DNA from: Burkholderiales bacterium
Lineage (GTDB): Bacteria; Pseudomonadota; Gammaproteobacteria; Burkholderiales; Burkholderiaceae
DNA length: 64,000 nt
Direction of reading: 5' to 3'
NCBI GenBank assembly: GCA_026225235.1
Contig: JAMFSK010000087.1
Location: 4,934 to 68,933, forward strand
Shown: one piece after another, positions 9,664 through 19,619 of the stretch
How positions within the stretch are numbered: position 1 is the first letter of the stretch
Layout of the letters: each line of letters starts with the position of its first letter
Notes under the pieces: model-generated
What the model saw: only the letters and a program-made list of their open reading frames with translations
The model's database searches: none
Told to the model about the DNA's origin: nothing
Program-made: the position numbers and the translations under genes

Positions 9664-10551
9664 ATGTTGAATACCCCTAGCCCCATGCAGATCGAGGGCT
9701 TCTTTGAGCCTGGCACCTCGACGATTAGCTACCTCTTGCTGGACGTCGGCACAGGTCGCTGCGCACTCATCGACAGCGTCCTCGACTATGATCCGAAGTC
9801 AGGCCGCACCTCCACGAAGACAGCTGACACGCTCGTGTCTCGCGTCGGCGAGCTTGGCGCGAAGGTCGAATGGATACTTGAAACCCATGTGCACGCCGAC
9901 CATCTGTCCGCCGCACCGTACCTCAAGGAACGGCTTGGCGGACAGATCGCGATCGGTGCGCAGGTGACGCGCGTGCAGGACGTGTTCGGCAAGCTCTTCC
10001 ACGCCGGCTCGAGCTTCGCTAAAGACGGCAGCCAGTTCGATCGTCTGGTCAACGATGGCGACACATTCCCCATCGGAGCGTTGCAGGCACGAGCCATTCA
10101 CACCCCGGGCCATACGCCCGCCTGCATGACCTATATCGTCAGCGACGGCGCACAGACTGCCGCCTTCGTCGGTGACACCCTATTCATGCCCGACTACGGC
10201 ACCGCGCGCTGCGACTTTCCCGGCGGCGATGCACGCACGCTTTATCGGTCTATCAACAAGGTGCTGAGCCTGCCGGCTGACACCAGGCTGTACTTGTGCC
10301 ACGACTACCAACCCGGAGGCCGCCCGTTGCAGTTCGTCAGCACGGTCGCCGAGCAACGCGCACAGAACATCCATATCCGCGACGGTATCAGCGAGGAAGC
10401 CTTCGTCTCGATGCGCACCTCGCGCGACGCAACACTGAGCATGCCCGTGCTGATGCTGCCCTCGGTACAGGTCAACATGCGCGCCGGCCATCTGCCTGAT
10501 CCGGAAGAAAACGGCGTGCCGTATCTCAAGATTCCCCTCAATGCAATCTAA
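9664..10551 (+). CDS. pdo: Persulfide dioxygenase (ETHE1/Blh-like MBL fold)
   Basis: ETHVHADH, HTPGHT, GDTLFMPDYGTARCDFPGG, CHDY, SVQVNMRAG; GAGGAG RBS. Confidence 0.93.
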   Translation: MLNTPSPMQIEGFFEPGTSTISYLLLDVGTGRCALIDSVLDYDPKSGRTSTKTADTLVSRVGELGAKVEWILETHVHADHLSAAPYLKERLGGQIAIGAQVTRVQDVFGKLFHAGSSFAKDGSQFDRLVNDGDTFPIGALQARAIHTPGHTPACMTYIVSDGAQTAAFVGDTLFMPDYGTARCDFPGGDARTLYRSINKVLSLPADTRLYLCHDYQPGGRPLQFVSTVAEQRAQNIHIRDGISEEAFVSMRTSRDATLSMPVLMLPSVQVNMRAGHLPDPEENGVPYLKIPLNAI

Positions 10552-10587
10552 GCCGATTCACCCGGTTTATGAAGTGAACTGGAGCAC

Positions 10588-12258
10588 ATGATGGACATCA
10601 GGAAACTGACGGTCGAACTGGCGGTATCGAAACAGATTGCGGCATCTGACTTGAGGGCGTTGGCACAAGCCGGCTTTCGCGCTGTCGTCTGCAATCGCCC
10701 CGACGGCGAAGGCGCCGACCAGCCCACCTTTAGCGAAATCGAGGCGGCGGCCCGGCAACACGGCATCGAGGCCCACTACCTGCCTATCGAGTCGGGCAAG
10801 GTCGGCGACTCAGGTGCAGCGAGGTTCGGCGAGCTGATGCGCGAGCTGCCAAAGCCGGTACTTGCCTATTGCCGCACCGGGATGCGGGCTGCAACGCTGT
10901 GGGCGTTGTCGGAAGCGCCTTTGCGTGCGTTGCCGGAGATCATCACAACTGCCGCCGCAGCGGGCTACGATCTGTCCGCGCTGACGCGGCGTATCGCCAA
11001 CAGCGGCAAGGTGCCCGTCGACGTCGCCGTGGCCAGTCACGACATCGTGATCGTCGGCGCGGGTGCCGCCGGCGTGGCGACGGCCGCTAGCCTGCTCGCG
11101 CGCGACCGCCACCTCGACATCGCCATCATCGACCCGGCTGACATCCACTACTACCAGCCGGGTTGGACGATGGTCGGAGCCGGCGTGTTCAAACCTGAAG
11201 TCACCGCTCGCAAGATGGCCGCTCTGCTACCGCGCCAGGTGCATTGGATCAAGGCGGCCGTGGCGGCGTTCGAGCCGGAACAGAACGCAGTCATCCTCAA
11301 AGGATGCCGGATCGTGAACTACAAGCAGCTCATCGTGTGCCCGGGGCTCAAGCTGGACTGGCGTGCCATCGAAGGACTCGCCGACACGCTCGGCAAGAAC
11401 GGCGTGACCTCCAACTACCGCTACGATCTCGCATCCTATACGTGGCAGCTCGTACAAGAGCTCAAAGGGGGGCGCGCGCTGTTCACGCAGCCGCCGATGC
11501 CGATCAAATGTGCCGGAGCGCCCCAGAAGGCGATGTATTTATCGTCGGACTACTGGCAGCGTTCAGGTCGGCTCGGGCGGATCGACGTCGAATTCTATAA
11601 TCCCGGCGCTGCGTTGTTCGGTGTGACCGACTATGTGCCGGCCCTGATGGAATACGTCAAGCGCTACGACATCGCACTGAACTTCGGTTTCACCTTGAGC
11701 GCTATAGACGGCCCGGCCAAGATGGCGACCTTCATGCGCACACTCGTGGACGGCACGGTCGAAACCGTCACGCGCGCGTTCGACATGATCCACGTGGTGC
11801 CCCCACAGAAGGCACCGGATTTTGTCCGCGCCAGTACGCTGGTCGACAAGACCGGTTGGGTTGATGTCGACCCGGCGACTTTGCGTCACAAGACCTACCC
11901 GAATATCTTCGCGCTAGGGGACGTGACGAACACATCGAACGCAAAGACCGCCGCCGCAGCGCGTAAGCAGGCACCTGTCGTCGCGCACAACGTGCTTGCC
12001 GCTCTCGGGAAAGTTAGCGGTGTGGCGGCCTACGACGGCTACGGCTCGTGTCCGTTGACCGTCGAACGCGGCAAGATCGTGCTCGCGGAATTCCTCTATG
12101 GCGGGAAGGTCGCGCCGTGCATGCCGACCTGGCTGATCGACGGCAAGCGCCCGTCCCGACTCGCCTGGTTCTTAAAGAAGCGGATTCTGCCGCCGCTCTA
12201 TTGGCACGGGATGCTCAGGGGACGCGAGTGGCTGGTGCAGCCTGAACTCATCGGCTAA
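10588..12258 (+). CDS. sqr: DUF442 (rhodanese-like)-sulfide:quinone oxidoreductase fusion
   Basis: N-terminal CNRPDGE and AYCRTGMR; GAGAAG FAD motif; HYYQPGWT, IKCAGAPQK, YDGYGSCPL. Confidence 0.93.
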   Translation: MMDIRKLTVELAVSKQIAASDLRALAQAGFRAVVCNRPDGEGADQPTFSEIEAAARQHGIEAHYLPIESGKVGDSGAARFGELMRELPKPVLAYCRTGMRAATLWALSEAPLRALPEIITTAAAAGYDLSALTRRIANSGKVPVDVAVASHDIVIVGAGAAGVATAASLLARDRHLDIAIIDPADIHYYQPGWTMVGAGVFKPEVTARKMAALLPRQVHWIKAAVAAFEPEQNAVILKGCRIVNYKQLIVCPGLKLDWRAIEGLADTLGKNGVTSNYRYDLASYTWQLVQELKGGRALFTQPPMPIKCAGAPQKAMYLSSDYWQRSGRLGRIDVEFYNPGAALFGVTDYVPALMEYVKRYDIALNFGFTLSAIDGPAKMATFMRTLVDGTVETVTRAFDMIHVVPPQKAPDFVRASTLVDKTGWVDVDPATLRHKTYPNIFALGDVTNTSNAKTAAAARKQAPVVAHNVLAALGKVSGVAAYDGYGSCPLTVERGKIVLAEFLYGGKVAPCMPTWLIDGKRPSRLAWFLKKRILPPLYWHGMLRGREWLVQPELIG

Positions 12259-12287
12259 CGCAGCGCCCCTCACCCCATGGAGTACTC

Positions 12288-13094
12288 ATGTTAACTTCGC
12301 TGATTCTCGGCGCCATCGTGGGCGCGGTCCTCGGCTTGACCGGCGCCGGTGGCGGCATCCTGGCCGTACCGGCGCTCGTCGTCGGCATGGGCTGGCCGAT
12401 GCAGCAGGCGACGCCTGTCGCGCTGGTTGCGGTGGCCGGCAGCGCGGCAATCGGCGCCCTTGAAGCATTCCGGCAGCGACTCGTGCGCTACCGTGCCGCG
12501 CTTTTGATGGCGGTGGCGGGCGTGCCATTGACATCGCTTGGCGTGCTCCTTGCACACGCCTTACCCCAACGCGTGTTGTTGGCGCTGTTCGCCATGGTCA
12601 TGCTGGTGGTGGCCGGACGGCTATTGTCACAGGCGCTGCGGCCGGGGCGTCCGGACCGCGCGGATTCACGGTTGTGTGTCGGCCGGATGAGCCCGGATAC
12701 GGGCCGGTTGATGTGGTCGTGGACTACCGGGTTCACACTCGCGGCAACCGGCGCCGTGACCGGGCTGATGACAGGACTGCTCGGCGTGGGTGGCGGCTTC
12801 GTCATCGTACCCATTCTGCGCAAAGTGACCAACGTGTCGATGCATGGCATTGTCGCCACGTCGTTGATGGTGATCGCGCTGGTCGGCAGCGGCGGTGTCC
12901 TTGCAACCGTCCTGCACGGCACGCCGCTACCGCTTGAGTTGACGCTGTGGTTCAGCGCGACCACAGCAGCCGGCATGGTGGCCGGACGGCTGGCCTCGCA
13001 CCGTCTCTCCGCTCAGCACGTGCAGGTGGGTTTCGGGGGGGCGTTGATTTGTGTGGCACTCGGCCTGATGACGAAAGCTGCATTGGGTGTGTGA
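12288..13094 (+). CDS. tauE: TauE/SafE-family sulfite exporter
   Basis: GLTGAGGGILAVP and GLLGVGGGFVIVP repeats, about 8 TM; last gene of the pdo-sqr operon. Confidence 0.88.
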   Translation: MLTSLILGAIVGAVLGLTGAGGGILAVPALVVGMGWPMQQATPVALVAVAGSAAIGALEAFRQRLVRYRAALLMAVAGVPLTSLGVLLAHALPQRVLLALFAMVMLVVAGRLLSQALRPGRPDRADSRLCVGRMSPDTGRLMWSWTTGFTLAATGAVTGLMTGLLGVGGGFVIVPILRKVTNVSMHGIVATSLMVIALVGSGGVLATVLHGTPLPLELTLWFSATTAAGMVAGRLASHRLSAQHVQVGFGGALICVALGLMTKAALGV

Positions 13095-13265
13095 CCCTGG
13101 CGTTGTCCACGCCCCCCAGCGGCGAGGCGACGTCGCATCGGAAACCGAGGGAAGGTTTCACGTTTGACCCAAGCCTATGATGTAGCCTCACACATCACGT
13201 GGAAAAGACGACGCCATGGGAGTCGCTTGGCCGCACACGTTCCATATCAATTCAAGGACGCTGCC

Positions 13266-13742
13266 GTGGCCAATGTGCAACGCGACTCTGTCGCCCTCTA
13301 TGCATCCGTCAACATTCGGGCGAGCATCCTCGCCGGTTTTCTCGCGATTCTTGTCAACACCGCTCTTCTGAGTACAGCCGATCACTTCCATGTGGTGACG
13401 GCGCGCGGCGGGCTCCTCACGCTCGCTTTGAAGCTGATGGGGCCGCCTGCTCCGCAGGTGGCGATGACAGAGTGGTTCAAGCAACTCTTCCACATCATGG
13501 TGGGGGTAGCGATGATAGTCGCCTACGCCATCACCCTGACCGGCTGGCGCTCGCCTGCTATCGCGAAGGGCCTTTCCAGCGCCGTCGTTGTATGGCTCCT
13601 GAATGCCTGTGTCATCCTCCCCTTGATTGGCCAGGGCTTCGCGGGATCGTACGTGCTTGCACCGCTGGGCATGCTGACATTCGCCGTGGCGCACACCGTT
13701 TTCTTCGTGTTAGGGGCTATCCTGTACGAAAGATGGAAATGA
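13266..13742 (+). CDS. Hypothetical 4-TM membrane protein
   Basis: Four hydrophobic helices with interspersed His; GTG start at 13266 after AAGGA. Confidence 0.65.
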   Translation: MANVQRDSVALYASVNIRASILAGFLAILVNTALLSTADHFHVVTARGGLLTLALKLMGPPAPQVAMTEWFKQLFHIMVGVAMIVAYAITLTGWRSPAIAKGLSSAVVVWLLNACVILPLIGQGFAGSYVLAPLGMLTFAVAHTVFFVLGAILYERWK

Positions 13743-13782
13743 TCGGAGCGGCCGCCGCACGTTCTCGATGGAGCGTTCTCCA

Positions 13783-13887
13783 ATGAACGTTACGCATCTC
13801 CTGGCGTTTTACGACGTCGCGCGCGCGGGCAATGTTAGCGCCGGAGCGCCTAGAGTGGGGCAAAAACTGTCGCCGCACCGTCGCTAG
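13783..13887 (+). pseudogene. N-terminal HTH stub of a LysR regulator
   Basis: MNVTHLLAFYDVARAGNVSAGA, then homology is lost at about 13850 and a stop follows; GGAG RBS upstream. Confidence 0.6.
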
Positions 13888-14045
13888 CCTGAATTGGACC
13901 GGATTGCCGCTCTCGCAGCCGCGCGGCCTCAGCCGGCCAGTTGCTGATAGGGATTGCGGGCGCCTGGAGATGCCTTGCATCGATCTCTTTTTCGACTGCC
14001 TTCAGACCGAAATGAAGCGCGTGCCGGCACCCCGGTTTGGGGGCT

Positions 14046-14606
14046 TCAGAGGGGCATTTCCGCGCAGCCTTCCTGTTCAAGGGTGGTGACCGTGGTCAGA
14101 CCCGAGAGCGCAAGCGTGACATCATTGTCGATCCAGCTATCCTGGAACTAGTATTTGGTGAGCGCTTGTCCGCACACGGCCGCGATCACACCGACCTTCT
14201 TCAGTTATGCGATCAGAGGCAGATTCGGGTTGGCGACTCCATAGGCCGCGCGATAGTGAGCGTCGTCGAGGGGGAGAGGTGTCACAGCGCCGTAGGTTAC
14301 CGCAACGAACTTGAGATCGCGAAGTGGCACGCCCGACGCGACATAGAGATTCACGGTGCGAGCGACACGATCAAGCGCGGGGATAACTTCGCCGGTCTGC
14401 TTGGCAGCCTGCGTCAGAGAGAACACCACCTTGTAGGTTCGCCCGGGCTGCGGCTTGAATGCGGCATCGGTAATCAGGCGGATCTTGCCGTAGTCGTGAA
14501 TGGTCGGCGTGACCCAAAGGGTCGAAAAATCCGTCGCGCCTGCATGGGCCGACACCGAGGCCGCAGCGACTAGCGCGATGGCAATGCATTGTGTGACTTT
14601 GATCAT
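14046..14606 (-). pseudogene. Secreted DsrE-family protein with two nonsense codons
   Basis: Signal peptide; YKVVFSL, NPNLPLI; TAA at 14205-14207 and TAG at 14148-14150; the frame continues through VCGQA...LALSGLTTVTTLEQEG to TGA at 14046. Confidence 0.85.
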
Positions 14607-14773
14607 GATTGACTCTCGACCATTTGCCGGCGCTCACCCCTATTTGCCTCGTCGCAGGTATCGTTCTCACGGGAATCAGCGTGATTCTCTTCGCTGTTGC
14701 CGAGCTCAAGCACAAGCCAACACCCCAATAGCTGGCGAATTCGGTACTTGATGGCGACCCTTGCTGTAGGCAG

Positions 14774-15865
14774 TCAGGGCGCCTCGTTACGCCTGCGTCG
14801 CACTTGATAACCCACAGGCAATAGTTGTATTCCAAATTTCGCTTCGACGGTGCCCCAAATTCCCTTCGGGAGGACCAACGAAAAAACGACCGCGACCACC
14901 CCCAAACCAATCAAATACGAGACCCCTGCGGCACCGAATAACGTTTCGATAACGAAGAAGAGGAATGCTCCGATGATTGGACCTTCGTAAGTTCCGATGC
15001 CTCCGACCAACACCATAAACAGCATGTACGCCGTCCATTGGACACTGAAGTAGGTGTTCGGCTGGAACGTGATGGCTGTTGCGAGCCAGAGCGCGCCGGC
15101 AAGGGCACAACCAAACGCCGACAGCACGAAAATAAGCCCCTTTGTAGGAAAGACCCTCACACCAATAGAAGCGGCCGCTTCTTCATTGTCACGAATGGCC
15201 TGAAGAGCGCTTCCCACTCTGCTGCGCAGGAGCGCAAACACACACCAGCCCAGGCCAGCCATGCAGCCCAGCGCAAGCCAGTAAGTCATCAGGCGACGCG
15301 TTTCCGCTGGGTATTGCTGGAGCGAAATAAATGACGTTCCAGTTTCGCCTTTCACGAGCGTATCGAGATTCACCAGCAAGTGTGCCAACGCGGCAATGAC
15401 CCACATGCCGATGGCAAACTCTCCCCCCTTCAGTCTCAACATGAAGCTGGAAATCGGTATCGATACGAGGGCCACGAGAATACCCGCGCCGATCACTGAC
15501 ACATACGCATTGACCCCATAGCTCGCCAGTCGGACTGCTGCATAGGCGCCAAGGCCGAAAAAAACTTGCTGACCAACGGATACAAGGCCCGCGTATCCAG
15601 CGAGAACGTTCCACATCAGCGCCAGGATTCCATAGATGAACAGGATGGTGAGGCGGTCAACGATGGCGGCTCCGAATGCCAAGGGAACAAGGGCCAGCGC
15701 ACACTGGACAAGAATGAGTCCAGCGACTGATGCGCGCGATGTCGAAGTCCAGCGATGAATGGAAAATGACGAATCCACTTCGGAAATACGGGTCTGGGCG
15801 ACCCCGTCATGCGCTGGGGGAGATACGGTTGATTTGGCGTTCATGTGTTCAGCGTAGGCGGACAA
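14774..15865 (-). CDS. Branched-chain amino acid-type ABC permease (LivM-like)
   Basis: WNVLAGYAGLVSVGQQVFFGLGAY, AIRDNEEAAASIG, VGGIGTYEGPIIG. Confidence 0.9.
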   Translation of the reverse strand: MSAYAEHMNAKSTVSPPAHDGVAQTRISEVDSSFSIHRWTSTSRASVAGLILVQCALALVPLAFGAAIVDRLTILFIYGILALMWNVLAGYAGLVSVGQQVFFGLGAYAAVRLASYGVNAYVSVIGAGILVALVSIPISSFMLRLKGGEFAIGMWVIAALAHLLVNLDTLVKGETGTSFISLQQYPAETRRLMTYWLALGCMAGLGWCVFALLRSRVGSALQAIRDNEEAAASIGVRVFPTKGLIFVLSAFGCALAGALWLATAITFQPNTYFSVQWTAYMLFMVLVGGIGTYEGPIIGAFLFFVIETLFGAAGVSYLIGLGVVAVVFSLVLPKGIWGTVEAKFGIQLLPVGYQVRRRRNEAP

Positions 15866-16733
15866 GCGAGCGCAGCGGACGCCCGTTCAGTGCGATTCGA
15901 GAGAGGAGCACGACCAGAAACAGAACATGGCCCGCAATCAGGAAGCCCTGGCTATGGACTTTGGCACCCAGACTTTGGGCGACGCCCAATGCGATACCAC
16001 CGCCCAGGGTCCCCCAAAGGGAGCCAAGACCGCCAATCATCACAGCTTCGAATGCAGTGATGAGCTGGGGCCCGCCCGCGTAGGGGTCTACCGTTGCCCG
16101 CATGGCAAGAAAAGCCCCGGCAATGGCCACGGTCGCCATGGCAATTGCGGCCGCGGCCGCGTTGACAGCCACTGCATTCACCCCTACGAGTTGAGCCGTA
16201 CTGGAATCGTCGGCGACCGCACGAATCTTCCGGCCGAGACTGGTCCGATTCAGCATCAAGTGGAGGCTGCCGAGCAGAAGGACGGCGACGGCAAAAGTGA
16301 GCAATGAGAGATGGCCGAACGTCATGCCCGCGATGTCGACGCCGTCATACGCCAGAGTGTCGATGTATGGCGCAAGAGAACGGGTGTCTGCGCCGAACGA
16401 TACAAAGAGCGAATTGTCGATGACGACAGCAAGGCCGAAGGTCGCAAGGATTGGGACAAGCTCCCCGCTGCGCGAGCTACGTTCAAGCACCAAACGATGC
16501 AAGATCCAACCAACAAGCGCCATGAGGGGCACGGCGATCACTAGTCCGACAAACGGATTCAATTCATAGCGGTCCGCGAGATAAAAAATTCCGTAGGCGG
16601 CAACAACAGCCAGGCTGCCATGTGCAAGGTTGATGATGCGCATCACCCCGAACATGAAGGAAATACCGCAGGCCAAGAGCGCGTAGTAACCGCCAAGCAG
16701 CACGCCCTGGAGTATCTGGTTCAACCAGCTCAT
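15849..16733 (-). CDS. Branched-chain amino acid-type ABC permease (LivH-like)
   Basis: GGYYALLACGISFMFGVMRIINLAHG, GGLGSLWG. Confidence 0.9.
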   Translation of the reverse strand: MSWLNQILQGVLLGGYYALLACGISFMFGVMRIINLAHGSLAVVAAYGIFYLADRYELNPFVGLVIAVPLMALVGWILHRLVLERSSRSGELVPILATFGLAVVIDNSLFVSFGADTRSLAPYIDTLAYDGVDIAGMTFGHLSLLTFAVAVLLLGSLHLMLNRTSLGRKIRAVADDSSTAQLVGVNAVAVNAAAAAIAMATVAIAGAFLAMRATVDPYAGGPQLITAFEAVMIGGLGSLWGTLGGGIALGVAQSLGAKVHSQGFLIAGHVLFLVVLLSRIALNGRPLRSLVRLR

Positions 16734-17458
16734 GCGTATTCCTTCTTTTCGTTTGAGCCCCGGTGCCCGAAGTAGTGGGCCATGACTTCGTCCCTCGTCA
16801 TCTCGTCGGTTCGTCCTTCAGCGACGACCGAGCCCTCCAGCATGCATACAATTCGCTGCGCAAAATCAAAGGTCCGCTGCAAATCCTGTTCGACGAGAAT
16901 GAGCGTTGTCTTTTGACTTACTACCGATGAGAGCGAATCGTAGACGCCCTGAACAGCCACGGGCGACAAGCCGAGTGACATTTCGTCCAGAAGCAACAAT
17001 CGCGGATTGGTCATCAAGGCACGGCCAATCGCCACGGCTTGCTGTTGCCCGCCCGAAAGAGAGCCCGCCAGTGCCCGGAGCTTCGGCTTGAGTTGGGGGA
17101 AGGCCTCGACGACGGTGTCCAGGTTCCAATAGCCGGTACGTTTGGCGGAGCGTGCCACCTGCAGGTTCTCGGTCACGGTCATGGAGGCAAACAGGCGTCG
17201 TCCCTCCGGTACGAGCGCTATGCCCAACGCCGCGCGTTGATGTGCCGGCAGAGTTGTGACGTTTGCCCCGTCGAACTCAACAGAACCCGCCGACGCCCGA
17301 TGAATGCCCGCGAGCGTTCGCAACAGCGTGGTCTTGCCAGCGCCGTTCGCTCCCACGAGTGCCAGCCGTTCACCTTCCTGCACGTCCAGGTTGATACCGC
17401 GTACCGCTTTTAGCAATCCATGATGGGATTCAAGACCGCGTACTCTGAGCACGTTCAT
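16730..17458 (-). CDS. ABC ATPase (LivF-like)
   Basis: GANGAGKT, LSGGQQQ, LLLDE. Confidence 0.92.
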   Translation of the reverse strand: MNVLRVRGLESHHGLLKAVRGINLDVQEGERLALVGANGAGKTTLLRTLAGIHRASAGSVEFDGANVTTLPAHQRAALGIALVPEGRRLFASMTVTENLQVARSAKRTGYWNLDTVVEAFPQLKPKLRALAGSLSGGQQQAVAIGRALMTNPRLLLLDEMSLGLSPVAVQGVYDSLSSVVSQKTTLILVEQDLQRTFDFAQRIVCMLEGSVVAEGRTDEMTRDEVMAHYFGHRGSNEKKEYA

Positions 17459-18186
17459 GTCCGGTATCCTCCTAGATAGGCACTGACCACCGTAGCATCC
17501 GATAGCACTGCTTTCGGCGATCCGTCAGCGATGACGCGCCCCGCGTCCATACAGACCAGGCGCTCCACAATCTGAACCAGAACATGGACGATGTGCTCGA
17601 TCCAAACAATGGTGATGTCGCGTTGTTTTAAGGTTCGGATCGTCCCGACCAATTCGGTGGCCTCACCGTCCGTCAAGCCGCCGCCGATTTCGTCCAGCAA
17701 TAGCAGTCGCGGGTTGGTCGCAAGTGCCCGCGTCAACTCCAGTCGCTTGCGGTCCAGAAGTCCGAGTGTTTCAGCCTTCCGGTTTGCAACGTGAGCCATG
17801 CCGCAGACATCAATCGCGTCCAGGCTTCGCTCATGCGCTTCTTTCCGGCGAAACCCTCCACCCTGCGTTGCTGCTGTCAGCACATTTTCAAAGACGGTCA
17901 TCCCCCCGAACGGGCGAGGAACCTGATGACTGCGCACAATGCCCATCCTGCAGCGCTGCGCTGCGTCGAACCGGGTAATGTCCTCACCGCTCAAATCAAC
18001 GGTTCCCGCTGATAATCCGAAGGCGCCGGAAAGCGCGCCCAAAAGCGTGGTCTTTCCGGCTCCGTTGGGACCCACGATTCCCACGGCCTCACCGGCATGG
18101 ACCGAGAAGTCCACGCCGTCGAGCACGGTAATGGCGCCGAAGCGTTTTACGATGCCCCGCGCCGCCAAAAGTATTTGCTCTGCCAT
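17455..18186 (-). CDS. ABC ATPase (LivG-like)
   Basis: GPNGAGKT, LLLDEIGGGL, IEH; start MAEQILL at 18186. Confidence 0.92.
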   Translation of the reverse strand: MAEQILLAARGIVKRFGAITVLDGVDFSVHAGEAVGIVGPNGAGKTTLLGALSGAFGLSAGTVDLSGEDITRFDAAQRCRMGIVRSHQVPRPFGGMTVFENVLTAATQGGGFRRKEAHERSLDAIDVCGMAHVANRKAETLGLLDRKRLELTRALATNPRLLLLDEIGGGLTDGEATELVGTIRTLKQRDITIVWIEHIVHVLVQIVERLVCMDAGRVIADGSPKAVLSDATVVSAYLGGYRT

Positions 18187-18211
18187 GGTGCGAAAATGCA
18201 TTCCTTGCAGG

Positions 18212-19522
18212 TCAGGCGTAGGGAACGGGCTTGCGAGACACGGGAACTGAAGGGTCGCCCGCGTTCTCGGTGATGACATAGTCATACTTGAACTTCGAGC
18301 CAGAGGGCGCCTTGACCCACTGCGCGCCGATCATGGCCGTAGCCGATACGTTTGGAACCGGCCCCTTCGTGAAATCGACCGGCCCCATCATCGTCACCGT
18401 ATGCAGCGTGCCGAGGGCTTTCGCCACAGCCTCTTTATTTTTCGGATCGGAGCTTGCGGCCAACGCGGCGAAGCCGGCATCAAGCAGCGACAACGACGCA
18501 CCAAGTTGTTGACTCCATTGTTTCCCCGACGACTTTTCGTAGCCGTCAGCCAGTTGCACGCCGCTGATTCCCGTCAGGGCCGATTTGTACGGAAAGTTTT
18601 TGTGCCAATAGGCAGCGACAGAGATGTTGTAGCCGAGCGGTCCGAGTACCTCAATGGTCGAGGCGAACAGCCCCGTTTTGGCCACTTGAACGACCTTCAT
18701 CTTCCGGGCCAATCCTTGCTGCGCTGCCTGCCGCCAGAACGTCGCGAAATCCGGCGGGATAGGGAAAGTCAGCAATATTTCACAGCCTGCGTCTTTGAAC
18801 TTTGCAATCTGCGCCGAGTAATCCGTGGTCCCGGTTTCATATGGACCGCCATCGACGACGGTGTAGCCTGCCTTCAACAGCTCGGGCAGCAGAGCGGCAC
18901 GTATTGCGTTGCCATCGGCATCGTTTGGCAACAGCGCAGCGACCTTTTTGTTGTTGGGAACGGCGGCCCACTGCGAGAGGTACGATTTGACGAAGTTCGC
19001 AACACCAAAGGAGAACAGGTAGCTCCATTTGAACGGAGAGGGTTGACCCGGTTTCGCACCGCGTCCGAAATACCAGGCCTCCCATGGCATGACTGTCGCA
19101 AGACAGGGAACACTCGCTGCTTCGCATGCATCGGATACGGGATTGACGACCTCCGGGGTCGATGTCGTGAGCATCAGATCAACCTTGTCGGTGTTGATCA
19201 ACGACTTCGCCAGTTGACCGGCCCGGGAAGGGTCGGATTGCGTGTCCCGATCGAGAATCTCGACCGCATACTTTTTGCCTGCCACTGTGATGCCGTTGGC
19301 CAGCGACTTGCGCGTCAAGTCGAGAACATAGGCATCGCCCTCGCCAAAACTTCCAAGGGGGCCGGTACGGGGACTCACAAACCCGACCTTGAGACTATTG
19401 CCCGATTGAGCCCTGGCAAGCGTTGGCAACATGAGCGCCAAACCCGTTGCGCCGGCTACCCCCAGGACTGTGCGACGCGACTCATTTTCCAACGAACCCG
19501 TTTTATCGTTCGACGTAGTCAT
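18212..19522 (-). CDS. ABC substrate-binding protein (Liv-type) with a twin-arginine signal
   Basis: SRRTVL...LARA signal; KVGFVSPRTGPL, RDTQSDP; start MTTSNDK after GGAG. Confidence 0.88.
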   Translation of the reverse strand: MTTSNDKTGSLENESRRTVLGVAGATGLALMLPTLARAQSGNSLKVGFVSPRTGPLGSFGEGDAYVLDLTRKSLANGITVAGKKYAVEILDRDTQSDPSRAGQLAKSLINTDKVDLMLTTSTPEVVNPVSDACEAASVPCLATVMPWEAWYFGRGAKPGQPSPFKWSYLFSFGVANFVKSYLSQWAAVPNNKKVAALLPNDADGNAIRAALLPELLKAGYTVVDGGPYETGTTDYSAQIAKFKDAGCEILLTFPIPPDFATFWRQAAQQGLARKMKVVQVAKTGLFASTIEVLGPLGYNISVAAYWHKNFPYKSALTGISGVQLADGYEKSSGKQWSQQLGASLSLLDAGFAALAASSDPKNKEAVAKALGTLHTVTMMGPVDFTKGPVPNVSATAMIGAQWVKAPSGSKFKYDYVITENAGDPSVPVSRKPVPYA

Positions 19523-19619
19523 ATCTGTCTCCACTCGTGTTGTTGTCTTTTCCGCTCGTGCTCGTCTGAGAGCAAAGCGCACCATTGAACTTGCGCGGAC
19601 CGTGCGCCCGATTGTGGGC

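Noticed and set aside
13850-14048. Possible IS3-like ends (TGAATTGGACC; TGAAGCCCCC on the minus strand) next to a CTAG
   Set aside because: No matching inverted pair or transposase; one apparent end is just the dsrE stop codon
18401-19588. 395-aa plus-strand ORF (similar cases at 33168-34316, 48600-49601 and 57695-58528)
   Set aside because: Shadow or alternative-frame ORFs over well-supported genes; Arg-rich with no motifs, as expected in high-GC DNA
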